This document shows, one piece after another, positions 1 through 9,300 of a stretch of 64,000 nt of DNA (its first letter is position 1; the number at the start of each line of letters is the position of its first letter). The notes beneath the pieces are model-generated. The model saw only the letters and a list, made by a program, of their open reading frames with translations. It did no database searches and had not been told where the DNA came from. Source of the stretch: Paludibacter sp. (GTDB lineage: Bacteria > Bacteroidota > Bacteroidia > Bacteroidales > Paludibacteraceae). The position numbers and the translations under genes are program-made. The stretch covers positions 14,934 through 78,933 of the forward strand of contig JACDZH010000001.1 in assembly GCA_013426815.1 (NCBI GenBank), in the 5' to 3' direction.

Positions 1-1
1 T

Positions 2-280
2 CTTTGGGAACGTGTTGTGCCAGTTTCGTGGTCTGGAGTTTTACAATACAATGGCACACATGGTGACGGTTTAATAGATGGTGTGGGTAATCCCAATGCT
101 GCCACTTGGCTATATACACCAACTCCATCCTATACTATGCTTAGCTTCCGTGGTGGTGGAATTGCATATGATAATCAATATTTGAGAGTTTCAGATAGAT
201 ATTGGGCATGTGCTTACTCATGTGATTATGGTCGTTCCAATTGGAATGGTGGACGTGGCGTTCGTACAGCACCATTATGA
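2..280 (+). CDS. FGE/SUMF1-fold secreted protein, paralogue 1 (C-terminal part; 5' end lies outside the window)
   Basis: The frame is open from base 2 (LWERVVPVSWSG...GTHGDG...FRGGG...RVSDR...NGGRGVRTAPL*) and matches the C-termini of the three downstream paralogues. Confidence 0.88.
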   Translation, partial: LWERVVPVSWSGVLQYNGTHGDGLIDGVGNPNAATWLYTPTPSYTMLSFRGGGIAYDNQYLRVSDRYWACAYSCDYGRSNWNGGRGVRTAPL

Positions 281-384
281 AATTTTTCAACCCCAAGATT
301 GAAATAGACAAAGAAATTGATTACAATAGCTCGATAGATATTGGGTATATGATCCAAAAAATAATTCGTATATATTATAAATAG
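277..384 (+). other. 35-aa ORF coupled to paralogue 1 by an ATGA overlap; possible four-helix-bundle gene remnant
   Basis: MKFFNPKIEIDKEIDYNSSIDIGYMIQKIIRIYYK* fills the spacer and ends 7 nt before the next ATG. The resemblance to four-helix-bundle C-termini is by eye only. Confidence 0.25.
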
Positions 385-391
385 TTATATT

Positions 392-2044
392 ATGAAAAGA
401 AATTTATTAAAAATCGCAGGTGGCTTACAAAGCGGTATTTTTGTAATCGCTACATTCCTTTGCTTACTGTTAAGCACCGGAGTTTATGCCAATAACATTG
501 CCGTAACCAATGTAAGCCTCACCAGCCCGGGTGTGGGATATACAATGGTTCAGTTTGACATAAGTTGGGAAAACTCCTTCAGGGTAAGTCATGGTCCTAG
601 CAACTGGGATGCTGCCTGGGTGTTTGTTAAATACCGCATCAAATCAAGTTATGGTGGTGATGGTACATGGAAACATGCCTGGCTGAACGAGAACGGACAT
701 ACCGCACCAGTAGGCAGTACCCTGGATGTAGGTTTGTTAGATCCTAAAACAGCCTTTAACAATACCACCAACCCCGCTATTGGTGCATTTTTGTATCGGA
801 GTGACGATGGTGTAGGCACTTTTACCAAAACTGGTGTGCAACTTAGATGGAACTATGCCCAAAACTATAAAACCGGTACAACTCCTATTGGAAGCACCGA
901 TGTAATGGATGTACAGGTATATGCCATCGAAATGATATATGTACCCCAAGCTGCTTTCTATTTGGGTTCTGGGGGTAATGAATTGGGAGCTTTTTTCACT
1001 TATCCTAACGTTACTACTCCGTATCAGGTTACCAGCGAAGCTGCCATAACAGTAGGAACTACCCCCGGTAATCTTTATTACGATAACAGTCTTAGTACAG
1101 GTCAAATTACCAGTCAAATTGGTGACAGAGGTACTCCTATCCCTGCTACTTACCCCAAAGGATATACAGCTTTTTATTGTATGAAATACGAAGTAAGCCA
1201 ACAGGGATATGTCGATTTTTTAAATACTTTAACCCGTATACAGCAAGGTGCTCGTGTAGGAACTAATATATCCGTTGGAACAACCACAGTAACCAATCGT
1301 TATGTTATAATTGAACAAAATTATCCACTTTATCGCCATAATATTCGTTGTGATGCCACCATAGATGCCAATAATCCCATTACCTTTTATTGCGATGCCA
1401 ATGGCAATGGTATAGGAGGAGAATTCAACGATGGAAAAGATGTAGCACTGAATTCAAGTCAAGTTGATTTATTCGCTTATCTAGATTGGAGTGGTTTACG
1501 TCCTATGACCGAAATGGAATTTGAAAAAGCCTGTAGAGGCAATCAAACTCCGGTACCTAACGAATTTGCATGGGGTTCAACCAGTATTGTTTCTGCAACA
1601 AATTATATCAATAGTGGAGCTAATAACGAAGTAGCCAGCAATATTGCAGTCGGAGCCAATTGTCATGGTGGTATAAATGCCTGGGCGGGACCTATCCGGG
1701 TTGGTTCATTTGCCAGTGCGGCATCATCGCGCCAGTCAGCAGGTGCCACCTATTATGGCATTACCGATATGAGTGGGAATATGATGGAAACAACAGTCAC
1801 ATCCGGTAACACTACCGGAAGAGCATTTACCGGTACACATGGAAATGGTATTTTAAGTGTTACCGGTAATGGTGATCAAACTACATGGACTACTTCAGTT
1901 AATGGCTGGAGAGGCGGTTGCGGCTATCTTTCTGGATATAATTCTGATATCTTATACGTTTCCTATAGAGGATGGTCAGTATATAATTATACTAGTAATC
2001 GAGACTATATATCCGGTGGTCGTGGAGTAAGGACAATGCCTTAA
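392..2044 (+). CDS. FGE/SUMF1-fold secreted protein, paralogue 2 (550 aa)
   Basis: Sec signal ending GVYA/NNI; SWENSFR..NWDAAWVFVKY N-domain; FYCMKYEVSQ..YVDFLN; YLDWSGLRPMTEMEFEKACRG; DMSGNMME; terminal GGRGVRTMP. Confidence 0.88.
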   Translation: MKRNLLKIAGGLQSGIFVIATFLCLLLSTGVYANNIAVTNVSLTSPGVGYTMVQFDISWENSFRVSHGPSNWDAAWVFVKYRIKSSYGGDGTWKHAWLNENGHTAPVGSTLDVGLLDPKTAFNNTTNPAIGAFLYRSDDGVGTFTKTGVQLRWNYAQNYKTGTTPIGSTDVMDVQVYAIEMIYVPQAAFYLGSGGNELGAFFTYPNVTTPYQVTSEAAITVGTTPGNLYYDNSLSTGQITSQIGDRGTPIPATYPKGYTAFYCMKYEVSQQGYVDFLNTLTRIQQGARVGTNISVGTTTVTNRYVIIEQNYPLYRHNIRCDATIDANNPITFYCDANGNGIGGEFNDGKDVALNSSQVDLFAYLDWSGLRPMTEMEFEKACRGNQTPVPNEFAWGSTSIVSATNYINSGANNEVASNIAVGANCHGGINAWAGPIRVGSFASAASSRQSAGATYYGITDMSGNMMETTVTSGNTTGRAFTGTHGNGILSVTGNGDQTTWTTSVNGWRGGCGYLSGYNSDILYVSYRGWSVYNYTSNRDYISGGRGVRTMP

Positions 2045-2072
2045 TAATGAATAATGAATAATGAATAATGTA
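2045..2072. repeat. Heptamer tandem repeat (TAATGAA)x4, last copy degenerate
   Basis: Read directly after the paralogue 2 stop codon. Confidence 0.85.
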
Positions 2073-2081
2073 TAATTAAGA

Positions 2082-2099
2082 TCCCGATAGCTATTGGGA
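2082..2099. repeat. REP-like palindrome TCCCGATAGCTATTGGGA (one mismatch)
   Basis: Near-perfect 18-bp palindrome; a perfect copy lies at 5601-5618. Confidence 0.75.
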
Positions 2100-2197
2100 G
2101 AATTAAGAATTCTTATTCGTGTTAATTTGTTAAATTAGTGGTTCAATTATAATAAAAAATGACAGAAACAGAAATAACGTTTAAAAAATAAATAAAT

Positions 2198-3829
2198 ATG
2201 AAAAAAAACCATTCAAAACCCGTACACAGCTTGCAAAGTATCGTCTTTGTGTTGGCTGTATTCGTATGCTTTTTATTTAGCACAGGTGCTTACGCCAATA
2301 ACATTGTTGTATCAGGTACAACAGTTTACGGGCACAATACAACCTTTAAAACCACAATGGTGAAGTTTAACTTACAATGGGAAAACTCATTTAGGGTGGA
2401 TCGGGGTCCTGCCAACTGGGATGCCGCATGGGTATTTGTAAAATACCGTGTTCCTACTAACTATGGCGGTGATGGTGTTTGGCGACGTGCCTCAATAACT
2501 AATACAGACTTTGTAGCGCCGGCAGGTAGCACTGTGGCATTGGGTTTGCTTTCACCGGGTATTGCCTACAATGCTACTACAAATCCGGTAATTGGCGGGT
2601 TTGTTCATCGTAGTGTAAATGGAGTTGGTACTATTAACGCCACTGGTGTAGAGTTAAAATGGAACTACGGAAACGATATAAAAACCGGTAGCACACTGGT
2701 TGGTGATAATGATGTAGTAGATATACAGGTGTACGCCATCGAAATGGTGTATATACCCACCGCTAGTTTTTATTTAGGAAGCGGAGGTACCGAAAATAAT
2801 GCTTTTTACAAAGCCCCCAATACTTCCGATCCGTATTTGGTTACAAGTGAAGCACAAATTACTGTAAATGCGAGTTCACCAAATCTTTACTATCCAACAG
2901 GTACTTATGGCGGCGATCAGGCTGGTCCCATCGTGGCTGCATACCCCAAAGGATACAATGGATTTTATTGTATGAAGTACGAAGTGAGTCAGCAAGGATA
3001 TGTCGATTTTCTGAATAGTTTAGTACGTGTACAACAGGCTAACCATGTAGCTACTTCGGTAGGTGTTGGAGCTACATCTGTTACCAATCGTTATGTGATG
3101 TATAATTCTGCTTCGCTTGGTTTTAGAAATGGAATACGCTGCGATGCTGCTATCAATGCCAATGACCCCATTACTTTTTATTGCGACTTAAATGGCAATG
3201 GTACCGGCAGCGAAGCAGCAGATGGTAAAGATATTGCCTGCAATTATTTAAATTGGGCTGATTTAGCTGCGTATCTCGATTGGAGTGGCTTACGCCCTAT
3301 GACTGAGTTGGAATATGAAAAAGCTTGTAGAGGCACTAAGTTGCCGATACCCAACGAATATGCCTGGGGCACGGTAAATCTTACCCAGAACACAGGAATA
3401 AGCAATGCTGGGCTTACCAACGAAGTAAGTGCTAATGGCGGTAACGCAACTTATGCTAATAATGCCGGTGTGCAAGGACCTATGCGTGTAGGTGCTTTGG
3501 CATTAAATCCTTCGTCGCGCGAGCGTTCGGGTGCCAGCTTTTATGGCATTATGGAATTAAGTGGTAATCTGTGGGAACGCGCAGTAACTATAGGTAATAC
3601 CGCCGGCAGGGGTTTTACAGGCACACATGGCGATTGTGTATTGGATGGAAACGGCTATGCAAATGCAGCTACTTGGCCCGTCATTGCAGGAGCGGGAGTC
3701 GGCATTCGCGGTGGAGATTGGTTTAATCTTGCTACTTATATGACGGTTTCTGATGCTTATTTTAGATCCTATACATATAGTCTCCGATACCAAAATTTTG
3801 GTGGTCGTGGTGTTCGGTTGGCTCCTTGA
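2198..3829 (+). CDS. FGE/SUMF1-fold secreted protein, paralogue 3 (543 aa)
   Basis: Same architecture: GAYA/NNI, NWDAAWVFVKY, MKYEVSQ, LRPMTELEYEKACRG, ELSGNLWER, RGGDW...VSD...GGRGVRLAP. Confidence 0.88.
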   Translation: MKKNHSKPVHSLQSIVFVLAVFVCFLFSTGAYANNIVVSGTTVYGHNTTFKTTMVKFNLQWENSFRVDRGPANWDAAWVFVKYRVPTNYGGDGVWRRASITNTDFVAPAGSTVALGLLSPGIAYNATTNPVIGGFVHRSVNGVGTINATGVELKWNYGNDIKTGSTLVGDNDVVDIQVYAIEMVYIPTASFYLGSGGTENNAFYKAPNTSDPYLVTSEAQITVNASSPNLYYPTGTYGGDQAGPIVAAYPKGYNGFYCMKYEVSQQGYVDFLNSLVRVQQANHVATSVGVGATSVTNRYVMYNSASLGFRNGIRCDAAINANDPITFYCDLNGNGTGSEAADGKDIACNYLNWADLAAYLDWSGLRPMTELEYEKACRGTKLPIPNEYAWGTVNLTQNTGISNAGLTNEVSANGGNATYANNAGVQGPMRVGALALNPSSRERSGASFYGIMELSGNLWERAVTIGNTAGRGFTGTHGDCVLDGNGYANAATWPVIAGAGVGIRGGDWFNLATYMTVSDAYFRSYTYSLRYQNFGGRGVRLAP

Positions 3830-3832
3830 TAG

Positions 3833-3953
3833 TAGAATGTAGAATGTAGAATGTAGAATGTAGTTTTTATATTCTCAATTCTCAATTCAAAAATAATTCT
3901 CAATTCTCAATCAAAAATAATTCTCAATTCAAAAATAATTCTCAATTCAAAAA
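3833..3953. repeat. Spacer repeat block: (TAGAATG)x4 followed by four ~18-bp AATTCTCAATTCAAAAAT units
   Basis: Heptamers at 3833-3860; 18-mers at about 3877-3894, 3902-3918, 3919-3936 and 3937-3953. Confidence 0.85.
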
Positions 3954-4023
3954 GGGATTTACAATTCCAAAATAATTCGATTAAATAGAAAAAAATGATA
4001 AATAATTTTTAATAATAAAAAAT

Positions 4024-5586
4024 ATGAAAAGAAACCATTCAAAACCCGCATTCAGCTTGCAAAGTAAAACCTTTGCGCTAGCTGCTTTATTTTGTATTTT
4101 ATTTGGCACCGGCGCTTATGCAAATAATATTGCTATCGCCAACGTAACTCCCATTGGGCAATCTACATCAGGTGCTGCCAATACGCACTATACTATGGTG
4201 CAGTTCGACATTTCGTGGGCTAATTCATTTCGTGTAAGTACAGGTCCTTCTAACTGGGATGCTGCATGGATGTTTGTAAAATATCGAGTTTCGGTAGCCA
4301 ATGGCGGTGATGGACTTTGGAGACATGCCACCCTTAATACTTCTGGTTTCACAGCACCTACCGGTAGCTCCATTACTGCAGCTACCGATGGTACAGGCGC
4401 ATTTATCTATATGTCGGCTGATGGTCGTGCCGATTTTAATAAATTAGGCGTACAACTACGCTGGAACTACGGACTAAATACCAAAGATGGAGTTACAGGT
4501 ATTGGAGATAACGATTTAGTGGATATTCAGGTTTTTGCTATCGAAATGCTTTGGGTACCACAGGGAGCTTTTGCAATTGGTACCGGTGGAACCGAGACCA
4601 GCGCATTTACTCTTACCACCATTAATACCGGTTCTGCTACTTTGACCCCTGCAGGCGTTGGAACACTTGGTGGACAAGCAGGTGGATATCCAACAGGAGC
4701 AACATTACCTACTTCTTCAACTTTTTCTAATGGATTCAATGGATTTTATTGTATGAAGTACGAAGTAAGTCAAAAGGGGTATGTCGATTTTTTGAATACA
4801 TTAACCTATACCCAACAAGCAGGTCGTGTTAGCATTGCACCAAGTTCTTCTGTTGGTACTTATATTAATGGTATAGATAATAAACGAAACAAAATTAAAA
4901 TTGGAACTCCCGGAACAGCTTCTACAGTTCCTGCCGTTTTTACTGCCGAATTTACCGATGTAGCTTGTAACTGGCTAAGTTGGGGCGATTTAGCTGCTTA
5001 TCTCGATTGGAGTGGCTTACGCCCAATGACAGAATTGGAATACGAAAAAGCATGTCGTGGTACTTTAGCACCTGTTGCAAATGAATATATTTGGGGTGGA
5101 ACAACCATTGCTACAGCCGAATATACTATTTCTAGCGGTGGTAGTCCTAGTGAAGTTATCAATGATAATTATAGCACAACCTTGGGAAATGCCGCTTATG
5201 CAACCACTGATTTAGTAACAGGTATTAACGGTCCTGTTCGTGTTGGTATTTTTGCCGGAACTTCTGGAAACAATGGTAGAAGAACTGCAGGTGCAACCTA
5301 CAATGTAATTATGGAAATGGGTGGTAATGTGTCAGAACGTGTTGTGGCATTAGATGCAACAGGTAAAGCTTTTACAGGAGTACATGGCGATGGAAGGCTT
5401 GACGCTAATGGTGATGCAGTAGTTACCAACTGGCCTGATGTAATGACTGCCGCTGGTATTGGTTTCCGTGGCGGTAACTGGCAAAGTTCTGCTGATTTTT
5501 TACGTATTTCTGACCGTGCTGATATAGCAACAGTTGATGCAACTCGTACTGCTTTAACCGGTGGACGTGGTGTTAGAATACCGTAG
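4024..5586 (+). CDS. FGE/SUMF1-fold secreted protein, paralogue 4 (520 aa)
   Basis: GAYA/NNI, NWDAAWMFVKY, MKYEVSQ, LRPMTELEYEKACRG, EMGGNVSER, FRGGNW...ISDR...GGRGVRIP. Confidence 0.88.
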   Translation: MKRNHSKPAFSLQSKTFALAALFCILFGTGAYANNIAIANVTPIGQSTSGAANTHYTMVQFDISWANSFRVSTGPSNWDAAWMFVKYRVSVANGGDGLWRHATLNTSGFTAPTGSSITAATDGTGAFIYMSADGRADFNKLGVQLRWNYGLNTKDGVTGIGDNDLVDIQVFAIEMLWVPQGAFAIGTGGTETSAFTLTTINTGSATLTPAGVGTLGGQAGGYPTGATLPTSSTFSNGFNGFYCMKYEVSQKGYVDFLNTLTYTQQAGRVSIAPSSSVGTYINGIDNKRNKIKIGTPGTASTVPAVFTAEFTDVACNWLSWGDLAAYLDWSGLRPMTELEYEKACRGTLAPVANEYIWGGTTIATAEYTISSGGSPSEVINDNYSTTLGNAAYATTDLVTGINGPVRVGIFAGTSGNNGRRTAGATYNVIMEMGGNVSERVVALDATGKAFTGVHGDGRLDANGDAVVTNWPDVMTAAGIGFRGGNWQSSADFLRISDRADIATVDATRTALTGGRGVRIP

Positions 5587-5600
5587 GTAATTGATAATTT

Positions 5601-5618
5601 TCCCGATAGCTATCGGGA
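5601..5618. repeat. REP-like perfect palindrome TCCCGATAGCTATCGGGA
   Basis: 18-bp palindrome 15 nt after the paralogue 4 stop, flanked by TTGATAA-type heptamers. Confidence 0.8.
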
Positions 5619-6139
5619 TGATAATTGATAATTGAAAAAATTATACTTTTCCAAGTTTTCTTTTGACTTTTTCTTTTAACTTTTCCAAAGTTTCATTTGA
5701 CTTTGGAAAAGTTAGAATAAAAAAAAATTAGAATTGTATAACAATTTTCAATTATCTACACTTTCAAAAGGGTGAATCGGATATTCCGCCCTTCTGGGGT
5801 GCTTCAATTACATAAAAATGCACTTTAGCAAAACCTAGATTATCGGAAGAATAATTTTATGTTATTGTAATAATTGCTTTTTTAAACTTCTCACAATTTA
5901 TATCTGGTTTTGTAATATCATAATCAGGAAATTGAGGGTAATTATGTGATATGCACGGATGATACAACACATTAAATATTAAATGGAATGTATTTGTTTA
6001 TCATCTTCAAATAAACCACTGCCGGTTAGCTGCCTCGAATAAATCGATTCAGATAATAATCAACATTTTATGAGATGGGCAGTTATTTTCATTTCAAAAT
6101 CAAGCTCTTGTAATAGGGAGTAAGCGGTTAAATGTTACC

Positions 6140-6244
6140 AACTTCCGTGGTAACTATTGGAACAATAATCCAACGAAAATGCAAGTTTCCGACCAAAAGA
6201 ACCCGGCGAACTGCCACTATAATTGTATGTTCAATTATGGTGGT
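6140..6244 (+). other. Non-genic copy of the FGE paralogue C-terminal segment; decayed DGR template-repeat-like sequence
   Basis: Translates as NFRGNYWNNNPTKMQVSDQKNPANCHYNCMFNYGG. The RG-x12-SD-x15-GG spacing equals that of paralogues 3 and 4. 9 of 35 codons are AAC/AAT. No upstream FGE body in this frame (TGA at 6071-6073). Confidence 0.5.
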
Positions 6245-6336
6245 GTGAGTCGTGTGCTCTATGTTCATTGCTTTCGTTTGTACACTGATCTTTTGACCAT
6301 TGACCAGCACCAATTGGCAATGCAAATTTAACAATT

Positions 6337-9300
6337 ATGAAAAGACTATCTTTATATTTTATCTTGTTGGCAGCCCTCCCCATAGGTTTGTTGGCTCAAA
6401 ACGAACGGTACTATGGAGGTGCAGGACGTGGAGATAAAGTGCTAAAGATAAATAATATAGTGTTAAGTGATATAGCTTCACCAGCCGACTATATTTATTT
6501 GGGAGGTATTGGTAGAGGTGATATTGCATTAACCGAAGTTGATAATTATCTGAAATCTGTTGATGGTGTTTATGTGGGTGGAAATGGACGTGGCAATAGC
6601 CTTGAGCTTTCAAGTATTAACTTTCTTAGCGAAGGTGAAGTAAGTGTATTGGACTTAATTTGTCAAGGGGGTTTTGGAAGCGGTGATATAGCCGTAACCG
6701 AAACAAGTTATGCTTTGTATGGTTTTCAAACTGTATACAAAGGAGGTATTGGACGTGGTGATAAGAATGCTGTAATAAATGATGCCACTGCCGATGGTGG
6801 GAATGTGTATGATTTAATTTATGTAGGTGGTATTGGTCGTGGTGATGTGAACATCGCAGATGCGGGTCTATCGTTGAATGGTGTAGATGCAGCTTATGCA
6901 GGTGGTAATGGTCGTGGCGACATATTAGATACGCAATACAGTTTAGCAATTAATGATCTTGGAATTTTCGAATCGGTTTATTTAGGTGGTATTGGGCGAG
7001 GTGATATAGTGCGTACGGAAAACAATTTCTTGTTGGGCGGTTATGGTGCGCGTTTTGTAGGCGGTAATGGTCGTGGTGATATCTCCATTGTAAGTTCAGA
7101 ATTAAGCATAGGAAGTAGATCTATTTACGATATTTTATATTTTGGAGGAGTAGGACGTGGAGATATTTCAAAAACAGAGAATGCCTATTCACTTGGTGGT
7201 ATAGAAGTGGTGTACGTGGGTGGCAACGGACGTGGTGATAATGTTAATACCAAATACATCAATTCCATCAACGAAGGTAATCTTACTGACATCATCTACT
7301 CGGGTGGTGGGGGACGTGGTGATATATCGGTAATTGAAACCAATTATGCATTGTCCGGTGTTGGTGCTGTTTACTTTGGCGGCAATGGTCGCGGTGATAT
7401 CTTATTAGGATTATACGATTCAACCGTTAGTGGAAATAACGATGGAATATTTATGGGCGGTGTTGGTCGTGGAGATATATCCTTAACAGAAAGCAATTTC
7501 TCATTGGGAGGTCTCGACGGACTGTTCGTGGGTGGAAATGGTCGTGGAGATAAACTTCAGGGCTTATATTTTATTTCAATAAGCGGCTTTAATATATATG
7601 CCGGCGGTGTGGGTCGTGGTGATATTTCTCGTACCGAAACCAATTATCTATTAAGTGGTTTAGGAGGTCGTTTTGCCGGTGGTATTGGTCGTGGAGATAT
7701 TATAATTAAAATACCTAATACTGGCATTGGTGGTGGTTCTATTATTGATATGCTCTACAGTGGTGGAATTGGACGTGGAGATGTTTCAATCAGAGAAACC
7801 GAATATTATTTATCCGGATTAGATTTTGTTTATTATGGCGGTAATGGACGTGGTGATATTATTGAAGCAAAATACACTAACTTTATCAATGAAGTTGATA
7901 TTACCGATGTCATCTACTCGGGTGGAATAGGCCGTGGTGATAATTCTAATATAGAAACCAGTTATCCATTATCGGGAGTAGGCGGCGTTTACTTTGGTGG
8001 AATAGGGCGTGGAGATAATTTATTGAGTATTTATGATGTTTCTACCGGTGGTGGAATTGATATTATTTACACTGGTGGTATAGGTCGTGGAGATGTATCT
8101 CAGACAGAAAATAATTATACATTGGGTGGTTTCGATGGACTATTTGTGGGCGGTAATGGACGTGGAGATAGGCTCGAAACTTTGTACAGCGCTCAGGTCG
8201 CAGTTATTAATTTATATGCCGGTGGCTTGGGTCGTGGCGATATATCGCATACCGAAACAAATAATTTATTAAGTGGTTTTGGTGGTCGTTACTTTGGAGG
8301 TATTGGTCGCGGTGATATTAGCATAACTTCGTTTGGCAGTTCAAATCTCGAATTATTGTATGCCGGTGGTGTGGGTCGCGGTGATATGGGTACAGCAGAT
8401 TCTAATTTATTACTTGCCGGATATGATGCCGTTTATGTGGGAGGTAATGGTCGTGGTGATAAATTGGATGTTTTAGCTGAACTTCCACTTGGCAATAGTA
8501 CAATTTACACCGGTGGTGTTGGACGTGGTGATATTTCGGTTACCGAAACTAGTTTCTCATTGTCAGGAGTTGGCGGAGTTTACTTTGGTGGCATTGGTCG
8601 TGGTGATATTTTATTTAGCATTTTCGATAAATTGGTTACTGGTGATGATATAATTTCAAACATTTATTACGGTGGTATTGGTCGTGGTGATTTTGGAATT
8701 GTTGAAACTAGTTCATCACTGTCAGGACCGGATGCACTTTATGTGGGTGGCAATGGACGTGGTGATATGTCTCAATTATTGGCAACTATTGGTACAGTTA
8801 ATATTTATACTGGCGGTGTAGGTCGCGGTGATTTTAACCGTACAGAAATTGGCTTTTTACTAAATGGTGTTGGTGCCCGTTATTTAGGTGGTGTCGGTCG
8901 TGGTGATATCAGTGTAAAGGTTATACAAGTAATAGATCCAGATTTGATTTACACAGGTGGTATAGGTCGTGGTGATGTTAGCTTAGTTAATATCAATTTG
9001 TTATTGGGCGGTCCAGATGGACTTTTTGTGGGAGGCAATGGTCGAGGTGATAACAGGCATCAAGCCAATTCTATTCCAATAAATGAAATTCCACTCTTTG
9101 ATATTATCTACAATGGTGGAGATGGTCGTGGTGATTATAACTATTTAAGTCATGATTCCTATCTTGACGGTACTTATCGTGGTGGAGATCGTTACCGAGG
9201 CGGTTCTGGTCGTGGAGATATCATCTCTAATACAACTCATTCCTTGCTCGATGGTACTACCAACTTTAATGCTATCATTTATGGAGGTGGTATTGGTCGG

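Noticed and set aside
3833-3953. CRISPR array
   Set aside because: Units are 7 and 18 bp and abut without unique spacers; no cas genes are present.
2-5586. FGE paralogues as formylglycine-generating enzymes maturing the sulfatase
   Set aside because: They lack the catalytic Cys pair after RGGS, are secreted, and the sulfatase is Ser-type, which needs anSME rather than aerobic FGE.
6140-6244. The TR-like segment as template for the FGE gene at 49446-50408
   Set aside because: The fixed positions differ (VSD...GG subtype versus CRSAxR...LGFRVV subtype); they do not align at the nucleotide level.
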